Assembly (NCBI GenBank): GCA_045605805.1
Contig: JAZUQR010000010.1
Span: forward strand, 32,001-96,000
Origin: Alphaproteobacteria bacterium
GTDB taxonomy: Bacteria; Pseudomonadota; Alphaproteobacteria; CAAHEQ01; UBA3637
Length of the DNA stretch: 64,000 nucleotides
Reading direction: 5' to 3'
Below are positions 33,300-40,813 of this stretch, one piece after another. The translations under genes and the position numbers were made by a program. Below the pieces are notes generated by a model, which had not been told where the DNA came from, did not search any database, and saw only the letters and a list, made by a program, of their open reading frames with translations. Positions within the stretch are counted from its first letter, which is position 1. Every line of letters starts with the position of its first letter.

Positions 33300-33503
33300 A
33301 TGTTGTCAGGAAAAATTAAATGGTTTAATTACAAAAAAGGTTATGGTTTTATTGTGCCGGATGAAGGCGAAAAGGATGTGTTTATGCATATCACTGCTTT
33401 GCACGAAGCCGGTTTGCGTCGCATTGACGAAGGCCAAGAAGTCACCTTTGAATTAAAAGAAGAAAACGGCAAGACCTGTGCCACGAACATTGCTTTGAAA
33501 TAA
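33300..33503 (+). CDS. cspA: cold-shock protein
   Basis: GKIKWFN.KKGYGFI, VFMH; long AT-rich 5' region. Confidence 0.95.
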   Translation: MLSGKIKWFNYKKGYGFIVPDEGEKDVFMHITALHEAGLRRIDEGQEVTFELKEENGKTCATNIALK

Positions 33504-33521
33504 ATGTTCTTTTTCTTTTTT

Positions 33522-33549
33522 ATCCCACCTTTTCGGGTGGGATTTTTTT
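33522..33549 (+). terminator. intrinsic terminator after csp
   Basis: ATCCCACC-TTTTCG-GGTGGGAT-TTTTTT. Confidence 0.85.
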
Positions 33550-33552
33550 ATT

Positions 33553-33870
33553 GACTCTTTTGGGTTTATTTGCCTTGACAGGTGCTGTCCTTATGGCACA
33601 ACATTCGGACAAAATAATACCTGTTGTTTAGACGGTGTCTGCGCCAAAAGTGACACATTTTTTTGTGCATCAACAGATGAAACCGGTCCATGTCAGATGT
33701 GGCAAATCTGTGCCTTTTCTCATTCCGGTTCTTCCATTATTGGGGCAATCAATGCAACAGGCGTTTGCAATCCAAAAACAGAAGCTGTCTGTACAGAATT
33801 AGGCTTTGTTTGGTGTGCTGGGGCTTGTTATGAAGAAAGTACTGTGTGCTCTGAGTCATTTTATCCAATG
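33553..33870 (+). pseudogene. start-less Cys-rich reading-frame fragment
   Basis: open frame DRCCPYGTTFGQNNTCCLDGVC...GVCNPKTEAVCTELGFVWCAGACYEESTVC lying between two terminators, with no upstream start or RBS. Confidence 0.5.
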
Positions 33871-33902
33871 AAAATCCCCGACAAAGCATCGGGGATTTTT
33901 TT
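33871..33902. terminator. intrinsic terminator
   Basis: AAAATCCCCGA-CAAAGCA-TCGGGGATTTTTTT. Confidence 0.8.
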
Positions 33903-33910
33903 ACTTTTCT

Positions 33911-33997
33911 TTATTTTTTTTCTTTTTTTTCGCCTTTGGATTTACCACCTTTTTGCGTGCCGCATCCACAGCCACATCCGTCTAATTTTTCTGTCAT
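33911..33997 (-). CDS. 28-aa peptide MTEKLDGCGCGCGTQKGGKSKGEKKEKK
   Basis: AAAGGAG RBS 6 nt upstream, TTGACA further upstream, terminator directly downstream; too short for the ORF track. Confidence 0.6.
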   Translation of the reverse strand: MTEKLDGCGCGCGTQKGGKSKGEKKEKK

Positions 33998-34092
33998 TTT
34001 GTCTCCTTTCAGACACTGATTTTGTGTCTGTTATCATATAAAATCGTTTTTTTTACTTGTCAACACAGACTTTTTTTGCTATCTTTAAGGAT

Positions 34093-34476
34093 ATGAAATA
34101 TATTTTACTTGGGCTTGCTTGTTGTCTTTTTTTCGGATGTGCTTATCACAATCCGTTAGACAAGGCTGATTTTCGTTTTCAAACATTGAATGCGCCCCCT
34201 TATATTCTTTCCGGTTGGTATCGGGTGAATCAAGCGGGTCAGCCTTTAACTGTTTATGTGGAAAAAGAACAGATGGATTTGGAACGCAGAAAACAAGCCG
34301 TTGCAGATAAATCGGCCAATGTGGCCTATCTTGGTCGGCCCTGTCAATACTTTCAAACACCTATTTGTCACGAGGCGTTAGAGGCACAATCTGTTGAAAA
34401 CGCCCTTCAAAAGGGTATTTTACAACTTCAAAAAAAGGCTGCCACTGAAACGGTTGTGGTGAAAGGATTAGAATGA
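34093..34476 (+). CDS. hypothetical lipoprotein (resembles a shortened alpha/beta-hydrolase-like lipoprotein)
   Basis: lipobox FFGC; LTVYVE and NVAYLGRPCQY motifs. Confidence 0.6.
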   Translation: MKYILLGLACCLFFGCAYHNPLDKADFRFQTLNAPPYILSGWYRVNQAGQPLTVYVEKEQMDLERRKQAVADKSANVAYLGRPCQYFQTPICHEALEAQSVENALQKGILQLQKKAATETVVVKGLE

Positions 34477-35423
34477 AAAAAGTATGGGTTTTGGCTGATG
34501 ATCGGGCGGGCAATGTGAATCAATTGTTGGGCATTGCCGAGGCGTTGGGGTGGCCCTATGAGCGCAAAGAAATCCGCTATAATAAATGGGTGCGGTTGCC
34601 AAATTGGCTTAGAGGGCACACCTTTATTGGCCTTGATAAAGCCTATCAATTAGCTCTTATGCAAGATTTTCCGGATGTGCTTTTAAGTGCGGGGCGCAGA
34701 AGCTATCCTATTGCTCGGGCCATTAAGCACCTTTCAAAAGGAAAGTGTAAGATTATTCAGCTGATGAATCCTTTGAACAATTTAGGGGATGCCGATTTAA
34801 TTGTTTTACCGTTTCATGACAATTGGCGGGGCAAAGCCGAAAATGTGGTTCAAATGCTTGGTACACCTCATCGGGTCACTGCCCAAAAACTGAGCTTGGA
34901 AAGACAGCACTGGCAACAGGTGATGAAGCAATATCCCCCAAAACGGTTAAGTTTATTTGTAGGCGGGGCAACCAAAAACAAGCCGTTTTCCATTGAAATG
35001 GCTGATGATTTGATTCGGGCGGTGAAAGAGTTGAAACCAGCTTCTGTATTGGTAACAACTTCCAGACGCACACCCTTGGATATTGTTCATCATCTTAAAA
35101 CGCATTTACCCAAACCTTATTTTTTCTATCAATTTGGGGATGAAGGTGAAAATCCTTATTTTGGATTACTCAGCTGGGCGGATATGATTCTTGTGACGGG
35201 CGATTCTATGTCTATGTGCACCGAATGTTGTGCCAGCGGTGTGCCCGTTTTTATTTTTGCGCCCGATGGGATGGTCAGCGCAAAACATAAACGCTTTCAT
35301 GATACCCTGTTTCAACATGGTTTTGCGGCTCCTGTGGGGGGGGAAGCTGTGTTGGCTCATCCGCCCCTGAATCCTGCCACTGAGATTGCAGAACGCATTC
35401 AAGCGTTGTTTGAAAAGAAATAA
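34473..35423 (+). CDS. ELM1-family (mitochondrial-fission ELM1-like) protein
   Basis: WVLADDRAGNVNQ, TTSRRTP, NPYFGLL, VTGDSMSMCTE. Confidence 0.88.
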   Translation: MKKVWVLADDRAGNVNQLLGIAEALGWPYERKEIRYNKWVRLPNWLRGHTFIGLDKAYQLALMQDFPDVLLSAGRRSYPIARAIKHLSKGKCKIIQLMNPLNNLGDADLIVLPFHDNWRGKAENVVQMLGTPHRVTAQKLSLERQHWQQVMKQYPPKRLSLFVGGATKNKPFSIEMADDLIRAVKELKPASVLVTTSRRTPLDIVHHLKTHLPKPYFFYQFGDEGENPYFGLLSWADMILVTGDSMSMCTECCASGVPVFIFAPDGMVSAKHKRFHDTLFQHGFAAPVGGEAVLAHPPLNPATEIAERIQALFEKK

Positions 35424-35467
35424 TTACTTGCTTTTTTATGCTTTTTTGGATATAATGATTTTTATCA

Positions 35468-35544
35468 GCGCCTGTAGCTCAGCTGGATAGAGTGTTGCCC
35501 TCCGAAGGCAAAGGTCGTGAGTTCGAATCTCGCCAGGCGCGCCA
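35468..35544 (+). tRNA. tRNA-Arg(CCG)
   Basis: GCGCCTG/CAGGCGC acceptor stem, TTGCC-CTCCGAA-GGCAA anticodon arm, GTTCGAATC, CCA. Confidence 0.96.
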
Positions 35545-35561
35545 AATAAAAAAAATAATGC

Positions 35562-35590
35562 TTGCATTTTACAATAAAGTTGTGTATAAT
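35562..35590 (+). promoter_or_regulatory. sigma70 promoter of tRNA-Gln
   Basis: TTGCAT-N17-TATAAT. Confidence 0.65.
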
Positions 35591-35610
35591 GTGTGCTATC
35601 CAAGTTATCT

Positions 35611-35685
35611 TGGGGTGTCGCCAAGTGGTAAGGCAACGGTTTTTGATACCGTCATTCGTTGGTTCGAATCCAGCCACCCCAACCA
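35611..35685 (+). tRNA. tRNA-Gln(TTG)
   Basis: TGGGGTG/CACCCCA acceptor stem, ACGGT-TTTTGAT-ACCGT anticodon arm, GGTTCGAATCC, ends ACCA. Confidence 0.96.
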
Positions 35686-35915
35686 AACCGCACATAACGC
35701 CAATTATTGGTGTTTTTTCCTTTATTTTACAAGCACTTTTATCAGCTCGGAATAACCTTTTTGAAAAATAGCTAAAAAATATCAATTCCGAACCGGCACA
35801 TAAAATTTTCCTTTAAAATCAATAGTGAGTCGTTGGGAAAATTTACCAAGCCAAAAGTGGCTAAAATTTGAGGTTATCAGATTTTTAGCCTAGTACAAAC
35901 ATATCGAACCTGAAA

Positions 35916-36467
35916 TTAATGACACAATGCATCGTGACCAGGGTAATAAGTAAAATCCTCTTTGACTTGACCAACTATATTAATTCCATATGCTGTTTTT
36001 TCATCTTTTTTGTCTCGAGTCCAGGGACCAACACTGCCAATACTCGTTGGATTCAATTTTTCATTTATTTGCATTATCAAACTTTGTTCAGAACACCTTC
36101 CACTGGTGGGACATCCAAGTTCCTTTAAACTAAGTAATTTTTTTCCATATAAAGAACAAACATTTTCGGCTGATTTTAAATCAAATGCATCCCTAATAAC
36201 AATATATTCGTCTTTGCCACTTTTTATAACTGTACCTTCACTATCCATTTTAGAACAAGTTCCTTGAGGTTTAACTTGATAAACTTTTGTGTTTCTATAA
36301 CGACAATAACATTGCCCTTTAGAGCAAGTTTCGCCATTTTGATTTCTTTTTGAAATACAATCTGAATTCTCTGTGCAACTATCTCCTAAACGGGACGTAG
36401 CTGCCTCAGAGACGCTAATACAGAGTAGAGAAACACAGAAACAAGTTGAAATTATAATTTTTTTCAT
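35916..36467 (-). CDS. secreted Cys-rich hypothetical protein (cassette 1 cargo)
   Basis: AAGGAG RBS, signal peptide MKKIII..., many Cys. Confidence 0.75.
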   Translation of the reverse strand: MKKIIISTCFCVSLLCISVSEAATSRLGDSCTENSDCISKRNQNGETCSKGQCYCRYRNTKVYQVKPQGTCSKMDSEGTVIKSGKDEYIVIRDAFDLKSAENVCSLYGKKLLSLKELGCPTSGRCSEQSLIMQINEKLNPTSIGSVGPWTRDKKDEKTAYGINIVGQVKEDFTYYPGHDALCH

Positions 36468-36530
36468 TGGTTAGTCTCCTTTTTCTTTTCATTATACTTT
36501 ATAAAGAAATATATTTCAACTCTAAATTTC

Positions 36531-36670
36531 AGCTCGGAAATTGCACAACGAGTCCAGCCAAAACAGACAAGTCGCTATTTTTAGCGACTTTTTTATGATT
36601 TTACAATCACTTACACCGGTCCGTGTACAGCGTTTTTCAAAAAGCTCTTTTTTCAGCCCTACACTGACTT
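36531..36670 (+). repeat. cassette junction repeat, copy A
   Basis: AGCTCGGAA..CCAGCCA, hairpin AAGTCGCTA/TAGCGACTT, TTTTACAATCACTTA, GGTCCGTGTA...TACACTGACT. Confidence 0.88.
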
Positions 36671-36691
36671 TTATAAGAAGCATTTAGTAGT

Positions 36692-36720
36692 TTGACATTT
36701 CAAATGAATTATGTTAGTCT
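36692..36720 (+). promoter_or_regulatory. sigma70 promoter inside cassette 2
   Basis: TTGACA-N17-TAGTCT with TG extension. Confidence 0.6.
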
Positions 36721-36741
36721 ATAAAAATAAAAGGAGAAGGA

Positions 36742-37521
36742 ATGATTAGGTACTACTGTAGTGGATTTGATGTACATAATGCCTTTGGACATGGTTTGGG
36801 TGAGATGTTCAAATCAGAATTAAAAGATACTAGGAGTATTGTCTATATTCCTGGCGGTTCGGACAAAATTGAAAAAGTACAAACGAAATATGTTCCCACT
36901 TTTACCAATTATTTCGGTAATGTGGGAATTAAATTTGATCAAGTAAATATTTTTACTCCCAATATACAACCAGAACAAGCAGCTAAAATGTGTGAAAATG
37001 CCAGCTTTATTGTTTTGATGGGCGGTTGTCCCTTTAAACAAAAACAGCTGTGTGAAAATTTGGGAATTATGCAACAACTGAAAGATTATAAGGGGATTAT
37101 GGTGGGTATGAGTGCGGGGGCTATGTTGATGTCAAAAAATATTATAATTACCCCATGTAGTGCGGAATATCCAGATTTTCACATAGAAGATGGTTTAAAT
37201 CTAGATGGGATTTCAATCTATCCACATAATAATACTTCAAATGTGAACTATCCAGATGAGTTAGTCGTAGGAGATGAAACGTATAAAAAATCGGATTTGA
37301 TTGAGGCTGCTCGCCAATGTGGTCCATTTTATTTGTTGCAAGATAACCCCAGAGAAAATGGAAAAACAGATGTCAGCATTATTAAGTCCACCAATGGAAA
37401 AATTGACTTTTACATTGAAAATGATGGAAAAATCTGGATGGTTGATAAAGATATAAAACCTATTACAGATTTTAAGAAGACACTTTATCAACGTAAAATT
37501 AGTCCGTGTATTGCAAGATGA
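36742..37521 (+). CDS. peptidase S51 (PepE-like, class I glutamine amidotransferase fold), cassette 2 cargo
   Basis: YIP, LMGG.P, GMSAGAM nucleophile elbow, IYPH. Confidence 0.8.
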   Translation: MIRYYCSGFDVHNAFGHGLGEMFKSELKDTRSIVYIPGGSDKIEKVQTKYVPTFTNYFGNVGIKFDQVNIFTPNIQPEQAAKMCENASFIVLMGGCPFKQKQLCENLGIMQQLKDYKGIMVGMSAGAMLMSKNIIITPCSAEYPDFHIEDGLNLDGISIYPHNNTSNVNYPDELVVGDETYKKSDLIEAARQCGPFYLLQDNPRENGKTDVSIIKSTNGKIDFYIENDGKIWMVDKDIKPITDFKKTLYQRKISPCIAR

Positions 37522-37832
37522 CCCTAGCCAAACCGTGCAAGTCGTCAGAAATGGCGACCAATTCCAACATCAATTCATTCTGCGTTGCCACTTGAATTCA
37601 TTGTGTTTCATTGCTTTACGCATAAAAACTTGCCACTGGCAACTTTTTATTTGCGCAGTCTTTATTTTACAATCACTTATACTGGTCCGTGTACAGTGTT
37701 TTTCAAAAAGCTCTTTTTTCAGCCCTACACGGACTCAAAATCCCAAAAAGCCTTATTTTACAATGCTTCTGTCTTGGGATGTCAATTTTTCATCCCAGAG
37801 AGAGGAAGATGTATTCAGACTCAAATTTGATG
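37501..37832 (+). repeat. cassette junction repeat, copy B (with ~97-bp insertion)
   Basis: AGTCCGTGTA..CTAGCCA, terminator, TTTTACAATCACTTA, GGTCCGTGTA...TACACGGACT, GGGATG..CATCCC; closely similar to copy C. Confidence 0.9.
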
Positions 37833-37965
37833 TAAAAATGGGAAATTTTTTATGCCCCATAACCTAAATTTTTTGTAAAATCAAGGTTGACTATAAAAAA
37901 CAAGAATAAAAAGCCCCATTTCAAGAGAAACAGGGCATTATTTTTTTGTAAAGAAAATTTGTTAA

Positions 37966-38568
37966 CTATTCTCGACCACCATTAGCTAACATTTTCTGCA
38001 TAGCTACAATTTTTTTTACCCCTTCATCTTTTGTTTGAACCGCAATCTTATAAAGTTCTGGATTGACATCTTTCAAAGAATCAACCAAGATCATGCGTGT
38101 TTGGAAATATTCTTGATGCCAAGACAATGGTTTCTTTGGATTAGGCTTATCTCTGGAGGTTTGAAAATTCATAATTTTTTCAGCTAACAAAATTTCTTGT
38201 GCCTGAGGAGACAGTGTTTTTGCCCATTCAGCTTTTTCTTCCCATTGCTCTTTCTTTGTTTTATTTTCGTCTTCTGGCTCTGTCATCAACTCTTGAATAA
38301 CAGACAAAACTTTTGGACCTGCGATTTGCTTAATTTGTTCCGGCGTTAAAGGAGATACACCTTCAGCAATTCGTTTTGTCTCAAAACATTTATGTAAAAG
38401 AGAAGCGCATACAGCAACTTCTTTGTCTTCGTTATCTAATGTAGAATGTTTTTGTACTAATTCTGTCGTTCCTTTAACTTGGTCCAACATAACCATACCA
38501 CCGCCATAGGTAACACCTTCGTGTAAACGCGTGGCATGATACAAACACTTGTTTTCTAATTCTGCCAT
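37966..38568 (-). CDS. small alarmone hydrolase (Mesh1/SAH)-like protein with degenerate HD motif, cassette 3 cargo
   Basis: overall SAH pattern (A..LH.G, ASLLHK, G.KV..VI.EL.T, LAEKI.N, EYF); promoter TTGACA-N17-TACAAT at 38606-38634. Confidence 0.65.
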   Translation of the reverse strand: MAELENKCLYHATRLHEGVTYGGGMVMLDQVKGTTELVQKHSTLDNEDKEVAVCASLLHKCFETKRIAEGVSPLTPEQIKQIAGPKVLSVIQELMTEPEDENKTKKEQWEEKAEWAKTLSPQAQEILLAEKIMNFQTSRDKPNPKKPLSWHQEYFQTRMILVDSLKDVNPELYKIAVQTKDEGVKKIVAMQKMLANGGRE

Positions 38569-38662
38569 TTTATATTCTCCTTTAATTTTAATATACTATA
38601 AAGAAATTGTATAATAAATGGAAAGATTTGTCAACATTTTTTACTGAGAATACCTCTAAATC

Positions 38663-38897
38663 AGTCCGCGTATTACCAGACTTCTCCCGCCAAAACAGAT
38701 AAGTCGCTAGAAATAGTGACTTTTTATTATTTTACAATCACTTATACAGGTCCGTGTACAGTGTTTTTCAAAAAGCCTGTTTTTCAGCTCTACACGGACT
38801 CACATTTCAAAAAAGCCTTTGTTTTCAATGCTTCTGCCTTGGGATGTCAATTTTTCATTCCAGAGATTGTTGAATGTATTCAGACTGAGCTTAGATG
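38663..38897 (+). repeat. cassette junction repeat, copy C
   Basis: AGTCCGCGTA..CCCGCCA, AAGTCGCTA/TAGTGACTT, TTTTACAATCACTTA, GGTCCGTGTA...TACACGGACT. Confidence 0.9.
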
Positions 38898-39033
38898 AGA
38901 AAAAAGTGTTTCTATAACACGCTTATTTCTATTACCAGTTCTGGTGGCCTATTTCTTTATTTTTTTCTTGCTAAAAAAGCACACACATGCTACCCTATCC
39001 GTATATCAATAATAATTATTTACGGATAGAAAA

Positions 39034-40341
39034 ATGACAAAATATCGTATCATTGGCAATATGACCGGAAATTCTATGGATGCAATAGATTTAGTTTTAA
39101 CAGAATTTGACGGTGATATAATGCGAGACATTTGTACATACACAAAACCTTATTCTAAAGATATGCAGAATAAAGTTGAAAGTTTGCGTGCAAAGGTCTT
39201 TAATAAAACATCCACAGAGATAGAAACCCTTCCAGAATTTACTTCTGTCCATGATGAATATATTCGCCAAATTGCAGAATGTATTAATGAAATGTGTGAA
39301 AAATACGACATTGACAAAAACAATATTGATGCAATAGGATTTCATGGCAAAACACTAGACCATAATCCGCCATCAAAAGCTTGTTTAGACGGAAGTCAAC
39401 CTTATACTTTGCAAATCGGTTCAGGACAAATGTTGGCCGATTTAACAGATATAGCGGTTGTTTATGATTTTCGTTCAGATCCATTGATGGCCGGCTTTGA
39501 TGGCGCACCACTGGTTCCACCCCATAATGCTCATATTTCGGCAACAGAGGGAGATGGTTGTTATTATAATGGAGGTAACACATCAAACTTTGCTTTGGTA
39601 GTTGATGGCTCTGCACTAATAGGCGCAGATGCCGGACCTTTTAATGAATATACTGATAATTATATTCGCAACCATACCGATGAATCTTTTGATAGAGATG
39701 GAACGTTCGGCAAAAAAGGAATATTAAATAAAGCTTTACTGCAAGAACTATTTAATTTTGGTCGCAAATATTATGAAGCCCCTTTACCAAAATCTGGTGA
39801 TCCCGCTTATTATTACAAGGGACAAATTTTTCAATATATCAATCAGAAAAAATTTAAGTTTGAAGATGTTGTTCATACGTTTGAATATTTTGCAGCTTAT
39901 ATCGCTGTACAAGCTTTGAGTTTAATACCTAATGATATAAAAATACCAAATAAAATGATTTTGTTTGGTGGAGGCTGGAAAAACCCCATAGTTAAAGAAA
40001 CTTTTGAAAAATTACTAAAAGGTCAGAGATATGTTTTGCCGGAACATCAAGAACAGTTTACTAAATTGTTAAATCGCTTTTCTAGTTGTCCAGAAGTTCG
40101 CAACTCAACTTTTGGTGATTATATGGAAGCCAGATTGTTTGCTGATTTAGCTCGTTACAAATTAGATAATAAAGCGTGGGAAATTCCTGAGATAGTTAAA
40201 TCAAAAAAATCGGTAATATGCGGACGGGTTGCAAAACCAAATAAAGATCGTAAAGAATATAACGATAGAGTTAATCGTGCAGCTAAAGGTTGGCAAAATT
40301 CTAATAATGTTAAAAATAAAATAGTAACAATAGAATATTAA
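39034..40341 (+). CDS. anmK: anhydro-N-acetylmuramic acid kinase-like protein, cassette 4 cargo
   Basis: GNMTGNSMDAID, GFHGKT, TLQIG, DFR..GAPLVP, DAGP.N, GGG. Confidence 0.8.
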   Translation: MTKYRIIGNMTGNSMDAIDLVLTEFDGDIMRDICTYTKPYSKDMQNKVESLRAKVFNKTSTEIETLPEFTSVHDEYIRQIAECINEMCEKYDIDKNNIDAIGFHGKTLDHNPPSKACLDGSQPYTLQIGSGQMLADLTDIAVVYDFRSDPLMAGFDGAPLVPPHNAHISATEGDGCYYNGGNTSNFALVVDGSALIGADAGPFNEYTDNYIRNHTDESFDRDGTFGKKGILNKALLQELFNFGRKYYEAPLPKSGDPAYYYKGQIFQYINQKKFKFEDVVHTFEYFAAYIAVQALSLIPNDIKIPNKMILFGGGWKNPIVKETFEKLLKGQRYVLPEHQEQFTKLLNRFSSCPEVRNSTFGDYMEARLFADLARYKLDNKAWEIPEIVKSKKSVICGRVAKPNKDRKEYNDRVNRAAKGWQNSNNVKNKIVTIEY

Positions 40342-40477
40342 TTATAATTCGTTTTTTACATCCAATATTTAGTAATTTTCTTGTAAAAATATAAAGGATT
40401 AGAAAGGTAGAACATAAAAAACAATGTGTTACAACCAATCATAATTTAGCTCGTGAATTGTGCACTGTCCCCAGCCA

Positions 40478-40638
40478 AAGGAAAGGCCTCCTTTATGGGT
40501 GTTTTTTTGTTGGGTTGAGGGGGTGAGAGCCAACGAATGGTTGGTTCGGTCACGAAGCGAAAGCGCAGTAGACACCGAAGGTGGTCCCGAAGGGATAAAT
40601 CGGCAAGCTGATTTACAATCCAGCCACCCCCCCAGCCA
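40478..40638. repeat. tRNA-Gln-derived REP-like hairpin element
   Basis: inverted tRNA-3' copy followed by GTTGGTTCG-[68-nt hairpin cluster]-AATCCAGCCACCCCCCCAGCCA. Confidence 0.75.
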
Positions 40639-40813
40639 AGTTGTGAGAGTCGTCAAATATGGCGACTTTTTCTTTTGCTTCTAAGTGCTTATTGTGGCTC
40701 GGAAGAAGATTTTGGAAAAGACCTAGAAACAAACTGTCTCAAACTAAAAACAATTTGCTTTCAATATGTTGTATTTTGTGCCATTCTCTAATCCAAAAAT
40801 AGCAAAAATTCAA

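Noticed and set aside
37511-38898. ORFs 37511-37867, 37585-37830 and 38716-38898
   Set aside because: They are read-throughs of the non-coding junction repeats, with no RBS and no consistent frame between copies.
40429-40684. ORFs 40429-40656 and 40460-40684; also a second intact tRNA-Gln
   Set aside because: The ORFs overlap the tRNA-derived hairpin element. No D-arm or anticodon arm is present, so it is not a tRNA gene.
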